Source of the DNA: Planctomycetota bacterium
GTDB lineage: Bacteria > Planctomycetota > UBA1135 > UBA2386
DNA: 64,000 bases
Direction of reading: 5' to 3'
NCBI GenBank assembly: GCA_965223545.1
Contig: OZ245006.1
Coordinates: 6,720,001 to 6,784,000, forward strand
The notes beneath the pieces were generated by a model. That model was given only the letters and a program-made list of their open reading frames with translations. It searched no databases and had not been told where the DNA came from. Below are positions 1-9,919 of the stretch, one piece after another. The translations under genes were made by a program, and so were the position numbers. How positions within the stretch are numbered: position 1 is the first letter of the stretch; each line of letters starts with the position of its first letter.

Positions 1-2286
1 CTGTCTTCGTACGGAGGCGTCTCCAACACGCAGTATGCGGCCGTCTGGGCGCAACGATCGGGCCCGAGCTTCGTCGGGTTCAGGGACCTGACGTCGACCG
101 AATACCAGCAGCTGCTCGACTTCAGCTGCGGCAACATGACGCCGGCGCTCTTGAGCGCGACCGGGTCCGCCGCGGATCCCCGGTTCTCAGGCGTGTTCGA
201 GAAGACCGGCAACCCATGCCACGCGCGCCACGGTATCGACGAGTCCGAGCTGGCCACCGAAGTCGGCGATGCCCGCAAGAAAGGACTGCGGATCGCCAGT
301 ATCGACGCGTACGGCGACGCGTCGGACACGCGCTACGTCGTCGCGTTCGAGCCCAACGCCGAGAAACTCGGTTGGGGCCATTACATCGCTTATGGCTCTT
401 CCACCCATCAGCTGTTCTTCGACACGATGGGACAGACCCTCGCCCGCCCGGTCGATATCGTGTTCAACGACGACCGCACGAGGTTCGTGGCGGTGTGGGA
501 AGATACGTCCGTCGGTCTGTCCTACTCGCACCACGACATGACGTCGGCGGAGTACCAGGACAAGTTCGACGAGTACTTGGCCAAGGGCCATTACCCGATC
601 AACGTGCGCGCTGCGGGAACTCCCGGTGTGTTCGCCGCCACCTGGGCGAAGACCGACGTGCCGGACGGGCGCAAGTTCAGCATGACCGGAGTCGACGTCC
701 CCGAGCTCGTTCTGTTCGACAGCTGGGTGCAACAGTACATGACTGACACGGCGACCCGCGCCGCGTCGCTCGCGATCGTCAAGGACGGTCGGTTGATGCT
801 GGCGCGCGGCTACACCTGGGCCGAACAGGGCTATCCGTTGGCCCAACCCGACAGCCTCTACCGGACGGCTTCGATCAGCAAGCCACTCACCAGCATTGCG
901 GTGCATCAGGAGATGGCGCTGCAGCCGAGTGCGATCGCCTACGACACGGCGATGGCCGACCTCTTCGGCAATCCGGTCTATGCCGATCCGCAGTCCAACG
1001 CGATCCAGGTGATGCACCTGCTGACGCACACCTCGGGATGGGATCGCGACGCGCAGACCGGCAGCGGGGTGGACCCGATGTTCTACGACCGGACGATCGC
1101 CAGCGCGCTGGGGATCTCGATCCCGATCTCGACCACGGCCATCCGCCGCTACATGGAGTCGCAGATGCTCGACTTCGCGCCCGGGACCGAGAGTCGATAC
1201 TCGAACTACGGCTTCAGCCTGCTCGGGCGGATCCTCGAGGTGCTGAACCCCGGCAAGACGTATGACGACATCCTGCAGGAGCGCGTGTTCGCTCCGCTCG
1301 GCATCACGCGTGCGGGGATTGGCGCCGCGCACGTGACGGCGGCTGTGCCCGGCGAAGTGCTCTACCATCCCGCCGCGCTCGGCGTTGCGCAGAGCGTCAA
1401 CGCGGCGCTCGAACCTTGGGTGCCGTCGCAGTACGGCGGGTGGAACCAGGGCAACCTCGATGCACACGGCGGTCACGTGATCACCGCGCCCGACTACGCC
1501 AAGATCCTCGCCGCGTTCGATCTCGGCGCGCAGAACCCGATCCTCGGGCCGGTGCAGACCGCCAACATGTGGACCGAGCCGGCGGCGCCGTTCATTCAGG
1601 CCGGGCCCAACATCAACAGCGCCTACCTCAAGGGGTGGGTGCGGAACTCGGTCAAGGGGCCGGGGGGGACGAACCTGGACCTGTACGAGCACGCTGGCAG
1701 CCTGCCGGGCACGCGCACCTACATCGGCCGGCGCGAGGACGGGGTTTCCTTCGTGTTCCTCACCAATGGTCACGAAGCGCTGAACGGTGCCCACGGCGAC
1801 GAGCTCAGCTCGATCGCCAACGTCATCGGCAGCTGGCCGGACCACGACCTGTTCCCCAGCGTGGGCCTGCCCGCGTTGCGCCATGTCCCCGGCAGCGTCA
1901 ACCCGTTCGGCGCATCATGCGTCGGCAGCTTCGGCACACCGGGCACGAGCTATGTCGGCACGCCCGAGGTCGGCATGGTTTTCACCCCGACGTTGATCCT
2001 GGCGAGGCCACAGTCGCCGGCGTTTCTGTTGCTGGGCCAGCGAACGCAAGTACCGCTGCCGGGCGGCATCGGCTGCTTTCGCTACACGACGGCGGGGATG
2101 ATCCTGCCGGCGACGACCTCGCCGGCCGGGACCGCGCAGATCGCGTTGCCGATGCCTGCGACGCCGGCGTTGATCGGCTACGTCTTTGCGGCGCAGTACG
2201 CGTTCCTCGACTCGTCGGCGGGATCGGCCGGGATCGTGACGACGAACGGGCTGGACATCAAGCTCGGCGGGTGGTTGGGCTTCTGA
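1..2286 (+). CDS. Secreted serine hydrolase (beta-lactamase fold) with N-terminal BTRD1/polyglycine-hydrolase-like repeats and the shared C-terminal domain; 5' partial
   Basis: Frame is open from base 1 (LSSYGGVSNTQYAAVW...). Repeats of the type YAAVW/FVAVW/FAATW and LTSTEYQ/MTSAEYQ; catalytic SISK, YSN and HAGS motifs. Confidence 0.85.
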   Translation: MSSYGGVSNTQYAAVWAQRSGPSFVGFRDLTSTEYQQLLDFSCGNMTPALLSATGSAADPRFSGVFEKTGNPCHARHGIDESELATEVGDARKKGLRIASIDAYGDASDTRYVVAFEPNAEKLGWGHYIAYGSSTHQLFFDTMGQTLARPVDIVFNDDRTRFVAVWEDTSVGLSYSHHDMTSAEYQDKFDEYLAKGHYPINVRAAGTPGVFAATWAKTDVPDGRKFSMTGVDVPELVLFDSWVQQYMTDTATRAASLAIVKDGRLMLARGYTWAEQGYPLAQPDSLYRTASISKPLTSIAVHQEMALQPSAIAYDTAMADLFGNPVYADPQSNAIQVMHLLTHTSGWDRDAQTGSGVDPMFYDRTIASALGISIPISTTAIRRYMESQMLDFAPGTESRYSNYGFSLLGRILEVLNPGKTYDDILQERVFAPLGITRAGIGAAHVTAAVPGEVLYHPAALGVAQSVNAALEPWVPSQYGGWNQGNLDAHGGHVITAPDYAKILAAFDLGAQNPILGPVQTANMWTEPAAPFIQAGPNINSAYLKGWVRNSVKGPGGTNLDLYEHAGSLPGTRTYIGRREDGVSFVFLTNGHEALNGAHGDELSSIANVIGSWPDHDLFPSVGLPALRHVPGSVNPFGASCVGSFGTPGTSYVGTPEVGMVFTPTLILARPQSPAFLLLGQRTQVPLPGGIGCFRYTTAGMILPATTSPAGTAQIALPMPATPALIGYVFAAQYAFLDSSAGSAGIVTTNGLDIKLGGWLGF

Positions 2287-2327
2287 CGCGCGGGTGGCAA
2301 AGCGAGAAAATCGAGTGCGACTCCGTA

Positions 2328-5300
2328 CTATCCGTCGAGGGTGAGGCGCAGATCGGTCAGCCGTTGGCCGCCGCGGAGTTCAACCGGGGCGAGGCTGCCG
2401 CTGGCGCCGTCGCGGAGGCCTGCGCGGCCGCGGATCGTCCAGGTGCCCGGTGGCACGCGGTCGACCGCGAAGCTGCCGTCGGCTTCGGTCTGCACGACGT
2501 AGCGGCTCTCGACCGGTTGGTCGCGGTCCTCGCCGCGGCGCGCGGTGTCGAGCGTGCCGCGGATCTCGACCCACGCGCTGGCCGCGGCGGCGCCGTCCGC
2601 GCGGTGCACCGCGCCGCTCAAGCTGCCGGTGGTGACCTCGAGCGCGACCGTTGCGGTGTCGTTGGCGGAGACCGCCACATAGTGGCCGATCAGCTGGTGG
2701 GGCCAGTTGTCGGCGAAGCTGCGCTGGTCGATCTCGAAGGCGAACAGGAAGTGGGTGCCCGCTGGCACGCCGTCGATCGAGAACTGACCGTGCTCGTCGG
2801 TGACCGCGTTCAAAGGGGCTTCCTCGCCGCGTTCGCACATCACCACCGCCTCGGCGAGCGGAGCGCCGTCCAGGTGCAGTGTGCCCCGCACGCGGCCGGT
2901 CGGTCCGGCGGTGGGCTCCGGTGGCGGCTGCAGGTGGATCTCCGCGCTCGCGGTGGTCGCGGCCCGCACCGCGACGGGGACGGCGGTCGGATCCGGCAGC
3001 CAGGCGAAGCGGCCGATGCCGTGCAGCCAGCCCGGGCTGACCGCGCCGCCGAAGGCCGACGTGGCGCGGCACTCGTAGCGGCCGGGTTGGAGGTGGGCGA
3101 ACTCGAAACGACCGTCCGCGTCCGGTGTCGCCAGCAGCGGCATGGCCGGCAGCGGGCCCATCCGCGGTGGGGTGAGCAGCACCGACCACTGCTCGTCGCG
3201 TGCCTCGGGCGGCAGCACGAGCTGGCCACGGATCGCGCCGGGGGTCGCGAACGCAATGGTCGCCGCGGCTTCGCCACGCCTGACCTCGGCGCGCGCGGTG
3301 CCGTAGGCCGGATGGCGCGCCAGAACCAGCGCGCGGTCGCCGGCCAGCGCGTCGAGCGCGATGGCGCCGTCTTCGCCGGTGGTGCCGCAGCGCAGGGGCA
3401 GGCCGCCGCGCCAGGCACCTTCTCCGCGCGGTGTGGCGTGGATCTCGGCGTCGGCGACGGGCGCGCCGGCGGCGTCGACGACGCGTACGCGCAGCGGCGC
3501 GGGTGGGACCAGTCGCAGCGGCAACCGCTGGTCTCCGTCGAGGGTGACGGCGGCCGTGGCGGGCGCGTGGCCGGTGGCGTCGACGCGCACCGTGTAGGAA
3601 CCGGCGGGCAGGTCGCGAATGGTGATCTCTCGATCGCGGCGCTCGCGGCGCCCGCGCAGGTCGAGGGGCGACACCAGCTGGTGGGTCCAGAGGTCCGGCA
3701 GACCTGGCCCCTGGCCGGGCAGCAACGTGATGTCCACGTCGGCGGGCGGTGCACCGCCGTCGGCGTTCAGCACCAGCGTCAGCCGATACTGCGCGGGCAG
3801 GGTGATCGTGTGCGCGGCGTCGACGGGTGCCGCCGGCGCCACGGTCCAGGGTTCGCCGGGGCCGCGGCGGGCGGCGACGGCCACGCGGCCGGCGGCGAGA
3901 CCGTGTGCCGCGAACTGTCCGTCGGCATTGGTCCGCACCGGCGCGGCGGCGGTGGAGAACGGAGTGAAGCCCGCCGCGGAGGCGACCACGACTTCGGCGC
4001 CTTCGACCGGTTCTCCGCCGGTGTCGCGCACGGTTCCCCCGCAGGTGTGGCCGGTTGAGAGCGTGATCGCGCCGAGGTCGTGCCGCCCGCCGGGGGATGC
4101 CTCGACCTGCGCTCGCACCAGCGGTTCGTGACCGGTCGCGTGCGCGGCGAGCACCACGCGTCCGGGCGGCACGCCCACCAGGCGAAAGCCGCCGCTGGCG
4201 TCGGTGCGCGCCCTCGGGACCGGCAGCTCAGCCAACACCGAGTGCACCCACGGGGCCAGCTCGACCACCGACACCGGCGCGCCCGGCAGCTGCAGCACCA
4301 TCGCGCTGCCGGCGGAGAAGCGGTGCAGCGGCGCCAGATCGAGCAGCGGCGGTGGCACGTCGGCGGCGATCACCACCGCGCCGGCGATCGGCGTTCCGTC
4401 GGTGTCCTGCAGGGTGCCGGTCAGCACTGCGCCGTCGCCGACCAGGACGTCGCCGACGTCGATGTGTTGGCCGGGAGTGGGGGTTTGGCGTACCCAGCGC
4501 ATCGCGGCGAGGCCGGTGCCCGCTCCCAGTCGCAGGGCGACGGTTCCGTGCGGCCGCACGCCTTCGATCGTGAACCGCCCGTCGGGAGCAGTGCGCGCTG
4601 CGCCGGCGGTCAGTCGCGGCGGGGCGGCGTTGCGCGCGCCGGCGCGCAGCAGCGCGTCTTCGGCGATGCGCAGCAGCTCGACCGCGCAGTCGGCGACCGG
4701 GCTGCCGTCGTGGTGGACGACGCGGCCGCTGTAGCTGGTGAGGGCCGGGGCCCAGCTCTCCGGGTGCCCGGTCGTGGTCGCCCCCGCGGCCGGATCGGCG
4801 ACCGGCGCGGCCGCCACCACTTGGCGGGAGTCGGCGGCCGGTGGCTTCGCCTGCTCGTCGCCGACCGCGGTGATCGGCGCACGCGCGGCGCCCTCCTCGA
4901 CCGCGGGTGTGCCCTGGGGCGTTCCGGCGCTGGGCCACGCCAGCCAGACGATCGCGGCGGCCGCCGCCGACAGCATGCACAGCATGACCTTGTTCATGAC
5001 CAAGACGTGGGTGAGGGTGGAGGAGGTGGCGAGAGAGGTGGTGGTGTGGGGTCGAACGCCGCCGGACAGCGGCAGCAGCACGGCCGACCAGGCTTGCCGG
5101 TTGCCGTGATGGCGGTCGAGACGTTGGCGCAGCAACGCGTGGGCGCGCTGCATCCGCGTGCGCACGGTGCTGGTGCCGACGCCGAGCCGGGCCGCGATCT
5201 CTTCGGTCGGCAGAGCCTCGAAGTAGCGCAGCACGACCGTTGCGCGGTACGGCTCGTCGAGCGCCAACACCGCATCCACGACCAGCCGCCGCAGCTCCTC

Positions 5301-5591
5301 GCGGGCGACGATCTCCTCGGTCGACGGCGCCAGCGGCGCGGTGGCCGTCGCGCGCTCGCGGGTCGCGCGGCGATGGTCGGCGCGGCGGTCGTTGTGGGCC
5401 AACCGGCGCACGACCGTGCCGAGCCAGGCGCGCACGCCGTCGCGCCGCGGGGGATGGGCCAGCGCGCGCACGTACGCGCTCTGCACCGCGTCCTCCGCGC
5501 GGTGCTCGTCGCCGAGCAGCCCGCGGGCGATGGCGCGCAAGAAGTCGCCGTGCGCCAGCAGGCTCTGATGAGTGGGTTCGAATGCGGTCAT
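2328..5591 (-). CDS. ECF sigma-70 factor fused to a TM helix and multiple carboxypeptidase-regulatory-like (transthyretin/Cna-B type) domains
   Basis: N-terminal sigma2 (AEDAVQ) and sigma4 (VVLRYFEALPTEEIA..STVRTRMQRA); hydrophobic segment near aa 200-220; repeated 'G.V.D..G.P..GA.V' and 'T..DG.F' units. Confidence 0.85.
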   Translation of the reverse strand: MTAFEPTHQSLLAHGDFLRAIARGLLGDEHRAEDAVQSAYVRALAHPPRRDGVRAWLGTVVRRLAHNDRRADHRRATRERATATAPLAPSTEEIVAREELRRLVVDAVLALDEPYRATVVLRYFEALPTEEIAARLGVGTSTVRTRMQRAHALLRQRLDRHHGNRQAWSAVLLPLSGGVRPHTTTSLATSSTLTHVLVMNKVMLCMLSAAAAAIVWLAWPSAGTPQGTPAVEEGAARAPITAVGDEQAKPPAADSRQVVAAAPVADPAAGATTTGHPESWAPALTSYSGRVVHHDGSPVADCAVELLRIAEDALLRAGARNAAPPRLTAGAARTAPDGRFTIEGVRPHGTVALRLGAGTGLAAMRWVRQTPTPGQHIDVGDVLVGDGAVLTGTLQDTDGTPIAGAVVIAADVPPPLLDLAPLHRFSAGSAMVLQLPGAPVSVVELAPWVHSVLAELPVPRARTDASGGFRLVGVPPGRVVLAAHATGHEPLVRAQVEASPGGRHDLGAITLSTGHTCGGTVRDTGGEPVEGAEVVVASAAGFTPFSTAAAPVRTNADGQFAAHGLAAGRVAVAARRGPGEPWTVAPAAPVDAAHTITLPAQYRLTLVLNADGGAPPADVDITLLPGQGPGLPDLWTHQLVSPLDLRGRRERRDREITIRDLPAGSYTVRVDATGHAPATAAVTLDGDQRLPLRLVPPAPLRVRVVDAAGAPVADAEIHATPRGEGAWRGGLPLRCGTTGEDGAIALDALAGDRALVLARHPAYGTARAEVRRGEAAATIAFATPGAIRGQLVLPPEARDEQWSVLLTPPRMGPLPAMPLLATPDADGRFEFAHLQPGRYECRATSAFGGAVSPGWLHGIGRFAWLPDPTAVPVAVRAATTASAEIHLQPPPEPTAGPTGRVRGTLHLDGAPLAEAVVMCERGEEAPLNAVTDEHGQFSIDGVPAGTHFLFAFEIDQRSFADNWPHQLIGHYVAVSANDTATVALEVTTGSLSGAVHRADGAAAASAWVEIRGTLDTARRGEDRDQPVESRYVVQTEADGSFAVDRVPPGTWTIRGRAGLRDGASGSLAPVELRGGQRLTDLRLTLDG

Positions 5592-5648
5592 CGCCCGGGT
5601 TCACACCGCCGCGCCGCCCAGTGTCCCACGGTTTTGGTATTTCGTCCG

Positions 5649-6749
5649 TCAGCGCGCCGCGCGGCGCACCGCCGGCCAGTCGATCTCCCAGGCCGGCCGG
5701 GTCGGCGAGGGCGTCGTCAGCGCCGCGCGCAGCGCGGCGGCCCGCTCGCCGGGGGCCGGATGCGTCGACAGCAGCGGCGGTGCGGCCCCACTCGTGGCCT
5801 CGATGGCCTCGAAGAAGGCCAGCAGGCCGCGCGGGTCGATCTCGGCGCGCCGCAGGAGCTCCAGGGCGAAGGCGTCCGCGGCGCGCTCCTGCGCGACGCT
5901 GAAGCCGAGGTTCGCCACGTGACCGGCGAACTCGACCGCGACGCCGACCAGCACGTCGGCGTTGCCCAAGAACACGCCGATGCCGGCGCCGACTCCCACG
6001 CGGTGCAGCAGCTGGCGCAACCCGTGGCGCTCGACGACGTGGCCGATCTCGTGGGCGAGCACACCGGCGACCTCGTCGGGGCCGCTGGCGGCGTGCAACA
6101 AGCCGGTGTGCACGAACACCGCGCCGCCGGGGGCGGCAAAGGCGTTGATGCTCGGCGCGCGCAGCACGTGAAAACGCAGCTCGAGCGGGGAGGGCGGCAT
6201 CGCGGCGCGCAAACGCGCGCCGATGCGCTGCACCGCGGCATCGAGCACTTCGTCGTGGACCTTCTGGGACTTGGCGAGCACCGAGCGCTCGACCTGTTCG
6301 CCCAGGGCGGCGTCGACTTCGGTGGGGATCGTGCTCACCAGCGGCGCGAGCACGGTGCCGGGAGACACCAACAGCCAGCCCAGCGCCAGCACCGGCAGCA
6401 CGAGGGCTGTGGCGAGTACCGCGAGGCCGGCGCGCCGCCGCCGTCGCCTGCTGCGCTGGCTCTGGCGCAGCGCGCGCAGCTCCCCGACGAGCGGCTGGCT
6501 GAGCTGGTCCTCGAGTTGGTCGAGGCCGTCACTGCCTTCGACGGTCAGCGCCGCCTCGCCGGTGGGCAGGGTCCAGCTCAGGTGCACCGCGGCGCCCTGC
6601 CAGCCGCCACTGCGCACCCGGAGCGCGTTCTCGGCTACCGAAACCTCGACTCCGCTTGCCGAGAACGTCCAGTACGCGGGCGGGCCGGCGTGCCGGGCGA
6701 GCACGACGCGGTGCATGCCGCCGTGCGGGTCGTGGAACAGCGCGCGCAT
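5649..6749 (-). CDS. M48 family zinc metallopeptidase, membrane anchored
   Basis: NAFAAPGG, LAHEIGH (HEXXH), ERAAD, LSTHP; TM segment precedes the catalytic domain; start taken at ATG 6749. Confidence 0.88.
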   Translation of the reverse strand: MRALFHDPHGGMHRVVLARHAGPPAYWTFSASGVEVSVAENALRVRSGGWQGAAVHLSWTLPTGEAALTVEGSDGLDQLEDQLSQPLVGELRALRQSQRSRRRRRRAGLAVLATALVLPVLALGWLLVSPGTVLAPLVSTIPTEVDAALGEQVERSVLAKSQKVHDEVLDAAVQRIGARLRAAMPPSPLELRFHVLRAPSINAFAAPGGAVFVHTGLLHAASGPDEVAGVLAHEIGHVVERHGLRQLLHRVGVGAGIGVFLGNADVLVGVAVEFAGHVANLGFSVAQERAADAFALELLRRAEIDPRGLLAFFEAIEATSGAAPPLLSTHPAPGERAAALRAALTTPSPTRPAWEIDWPAVRRAAR

Positions 6750-6787
6750 CGGTTCAGCCCCGGCCGTTGCGCCGCAGGCGGTGGGGG

Positions 6788-7576
6788 TCAGTTGTTGTCG
6801 CCATCCAGCAAGCCCCCGAGACCACCGAGGATCGAGCCCTCGCCGCGGCCGCCGCGCGCGCCGGCGAGGATGCGGCCGGCCATGCGGCTCATCGGCAGCG
6901 ACTGCAACCAGACCCGCCCCGGCCCGGTCAGCGTGGCGAAGAAGAGGCCCTCGCCGCCGAACAGCGCCGACTTGACCCCGCCGACGAACTTGATGTCGTA
7001 GTCGACCGTCGGAGTGAAGGCGACGATGCAGCCGGTGTCGACGCGCAGCCGCTCGGCAGGCGCCAGGTTGCGCTCCGCGACGGTGCCGCCCGCGTTGCAG
7101 AACGCGTAGCCGTCGCCCTCGAGCCGCTGCATGATGAACCCCTCGCCGCCGAACAGGCCGGCGCCGATTTTCTTCTGGAAGGCGATGCCGATCGAGACGC
7201 CCTTGGCGGCGCACAAGAACGAGTCCTTCTGCGCGATCAGCGTGCCGCCGACGTCGGTCAGGTGGAACGGGATGATCTTGCCCGGATAGGGGGCGGCAAA
7301 GGCGACCCGCTTCTTGCCCTGCCCCTGGTTGCTGAACACCGTCATGAACAGCGACTCGCCGGTCAGCAGCCGTTTGCCGGCGCCGACCAGCGAGCCCAAG
7401 AGACCCGAGCGCGCCTGCTGGCCGCTGCCGAAGACGGTCTCCATCTCGATCCCGTCTTCCATGAACATCATGCCGCCGGCCTCGGCCACGGCGGCTTCTT
7501 TGGGGTCGAGCTCGATCTCGACGTACTGCATGTCGTCGCCGTAGATGTCGTAGTCGACTTCGTGCATTTGGCCCAT
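6788..7576 (-). CDS. TIGR00266 / AIM24 family protein
   Basis: [47 protein letters not shown]. Confidence 0.92.
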   Translation of the reverse strand: MGQMHEVDYDIYGDDMQYVEIELDPKEAAVAEAGGMMFMEDGIEMETVFGSGQQARSGLLGSLVGAGKRLLTGESLFMTVFSNQGQGKKRVAFAAPYPGKIIPFHLTDVGGTLIAQKDSFLCAAKGVSIGIAFQKKIGAGLFGGEGFIMQRLEGDGYAFCNAGGTVAERNLAPAERLRVDTGCIVAFTPTVDYDIKFVGGVKSALFGGEGLFFATLTGPGRVWLQSLPMSRMAGRILAGARGGRGEGSILGGLGGLLDGDNN

Positions 7577-7683
7577 GGTTTCGGACTCTACCGGCGGGGG
7601 CCCGGTCTCTTCACCGCCCCGCCCGGGTGATTTTCTCGCCTCCGCGCACGCCAAATGGCGTAAACAATCGCCTGGAACCAATC

Positions 7684-8025
7684 ATGAACAAGACTTTCAT
7701 CGCCTGTGCGCTGACGGCGCTCCTCGGCGTGGGGCTGCCGCTCGGCGGCTGCACCACCGAGGCCGCCAACAGCTCTCCAACGCCCGCCGCCGAGATGACG
7801 ACGGTGACGCTGATCCTGCCCGCAATGACTTGAGGCGGCTGCGCCCAGTCGGTGCGGTCCGCACTCGACAACATTCCGGAGATCGCCGATCTCGAGACCG
7901 ATCCGGGGCCGGAGGGTGGCCGCGCCACCCTCAAGGTCGCCAAGGGCTTCGACCTCGAAGCGTGCCTCAACGCCGCGGTCACCGCCGGCAACGAGCACAT
8001 CAAGGGCTGGTCGATCGAGACCTGA
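7684..8025 (+). CDS. Probable selenoprotein: lipoprotein with heavy-metal-associated (HMA, CopZ/MerP-like) domain, MT-U-GG-C motif
   Basis: Signal peptide with lipobox LGGC. In-frame TGA at 7831-7833 sits at the first Cys position of MTCxxC; the frame continues GGCAQSVRSALDNIPEI...GWSIET to TGA 8023-8025 (113 aa). Confidence 0.8.
7848..7869 (+). promoter_or_regulatory. Candidate bacterial SECIS element
   Basis: GTCG-GTGCG-GTC-CGCAC-T-CGAC hairpin; G-led apical loop about 24 nt after the UGA; resembles the E. coli fdhF upper stem GUUGCAGGUCUGCAC. Confidence 0.7.
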
Positions 8026-8055
8026 GCCAAGGGCTCGGCCGCGGCGCGCGCTCAC

Positions 8056-9912
8056 CTAGGAGCGCTGCCGCCGCGCCAGCTGCAGCAGGCTGGCCGGCAA
8101 CCGGTCGGCGGACGGCAGCACGCGGTAGCCGCCGCGGCCGAACAGCTGCGGCAAGTAGTCCACCGCGTTCTTCTGGATCGCGAGGGCGAAGCTGTCGATG
8201 CCGTCGCGGTGCGCCTCGCGGAGCGCTTGGCGCACGTCGGCGATGCCGTGACGCCCCTCGTAGCGGTCGTAGTCGGTGGGCTTGCCGTCGCTGACCAGGA
8301 GCAGCAGCTTGCGCCGCGCCGAGGCGCGGCGCAGCTGGGCTGTGGCGTGGCGCAGCGCCGGGCCGATCCGCGTGTAGCCGGTCGGGCGCAGGCCCAGCAG
8401 GGCGCGGCGCGCGTCCCGCCATGGGGTGTCGAAGTCCTTGACCTCGACGTAGTGACAGTCGCGGCGCGAGTTGCTGTAGAAGCCGGCGACGGCGATCGGC
8501 AGGTCGCGGTCGCCGGCGACTTCGCCCAGGATCAGCACCGCGTCCAGGGCGACGTCGAGCACGCGCCGGCCCTCGACCCACGCGTCGGTCGACAGGCTGC
8601 AGTCGACCAGCACCAGGGCGGCGACGTCGGGTGCCGGCTTGCCGCGGGCGACGTACAAGCGGTCGTCGAGCACCGCGGGATGGCCCTGCCGGGCGGCCTC
8701 CAGGGTGGCGAGCTGGTTGGTCAGGGCGTCGATGTCGATGTCCTCGCCGGCGCGTTGGCGCGGCACCGGTCGCCGCGAATCGGCCGCCGCCAGCAGCTGG
8801 TCGCGCAGCCGGCGGATCTGCGCCGCGTAGCGGTGCCGCACGGTGGCCTGGCGCTGGCGCACGGTCTCCGGGCTCGCCAGCGGATCCGGTGGATGCGCGC
8901 GCAGTGCGCACCAGCTGCGGCGATAGCGCCGCCGGGTCGCGTCCCACTCGTCGTAGTGGATCGCACCGCAGTCGGTCTGCTCCTCTAAGAGGTCCACCGG
9001 CTCGCCGGCGTTCTGCAGGTCGGCTTGGTAGATGGAACTGGTGGCCTCGGCAGTGCGCACGACGTGGCGCAGCTCGAGTTCGTCGAGGGCTTCACAGTGC
9101 TCGTCGAGCTCGTCGCTGCCGTCGGCGCGTCGCTTGCCTCCGCTGTACTCCTCGGCGGTGAACAGCTTCTCGAACACGTGCATCAGCGGGTTGTCGCCGT
9201 CCTCGGGAGTCGACACGGTGGTGGTGGTCACCGTCTCGCGCGGTTTGCCGCGGCGCTCGGTGCCGCGCGGCAGCGCGGAGCCATCGACGCTGGTGATGTC
9301 GGGCACGGCGGCGGTGGGGGCGTCCGTTGCCGCCGGCGACCAGCGGCCCCAGAGCAGGTGGTGTTGCGGTGTGCGCGGGGCGTCGCGTCGGGCGCGCGGG
9401 GGCGCGTCGTCCGGTCGCGCGTCGGGTGCGCGCAGCAGCCGATCGGCCCACCGGTCGAGGTCGCTCGCGCCCGGCGGGGGCGGTGGGATCGCCGCGGCCA
9501 ACCGCGCGCGCAAGCGGATGCTCCCCGGCCATTCGGCGTCGAGTCGTGGCAGCGTGCGCTCGACCGCGATCAGCATCGCCAACTCCGGGTCGTCGCCCGT
9601 GCGCTGGCCGTGGGCGTACACCGCCGCGCCGGCGATCGTCCGCAGTCGGTAGAGGTCGAGGTTGCGCTCGGCAGAGTCGAACAACTCGATCACCGCCGGC
9701 AAGTGCAGCGTCGCGCCGCGCAGCCCGCCGGCGCCCTCGGCGACGCGCACGTCGAGCGGCGCCCCGGCGACGAGCTGCGCCAGCAGCCGCAGTCTTTGCG
9801 TCAGCTCCTCGAGCTTCGCCGCCGCAGCTTGGTGGGCCGCCGGGGCTCCGGGGTGCAGCCAGCGGCGGACCGCGCGGTGGGCGGCGCCGAACAGTCTCTC
9901 GCCGACGCTCAC
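8056..9912 (-). CDS. norD: Nitric oxide reductase activation protein NorD (VWA domain)
   Basis: MIDAS-type DCSLST, YDEWD, YTRIGPALRH, LLVSDGKPTDYDRYEG; lies downstream of norQ. Confidence 0.92.
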   Translation of the reverse strand: MSVGERLFGAAHRAVRRWLHPGAPAAHQAAAAKLEELTQRLRLLAQLVAGAPLDVRVAEGAGGLRGATLHLPAVIELFDSAERNLDLYRLRTIAGAAVYAHGQRTGDDPELAMLIAVERTLPRLDAEWPGSIRLRARLAAAIPPPPPGASDLDRWADRLLRAPDARPDDAPPRARRDAPRTPQHHLLWGRWSPAATDAPTAAVPDITSVDGSALPRGTERRGKPRETVTTTTVSTPEDGDNPLMHVFEKLFTAEEYSGGKRRADGSDELDEHCEALDELELRHVVRTAEATSSIYQADLQNAGEPVDLLEEQTDCGAIHYDEWDATRRRYRRSWCALRAHPPDPLASPETVRQRQATVRHRYAAQIRRLRDQLLAAADSRRPVPRQRAGEDIDIDALTNQLATLEAARQGHPAVLDDRLYVARGKPAPDVAALVLVDCSLSTDAWVEGRRVLDVALDAVLILGEVAGDRDLPIAVAGFYSNSRRDCHYVEVKDFDTPWRDARRALLGLRPTGYTRIGPALRHATAQLRRASARRKLLLLVSDGKPTDYDRYEGRHGIADVRQALREAHRDGIDSFALAIQKNAVDYLPQLFGRGGYRVLPSADRLPASLLQLARRQRS

Positions 9913-9919
9913 CGCCGCC

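Noticed and set aside
7627..7833. 68-aa ORF as a complete gene
   Set aside because: Ends in the middle of the HMA motif; better explained by UGA read-through.
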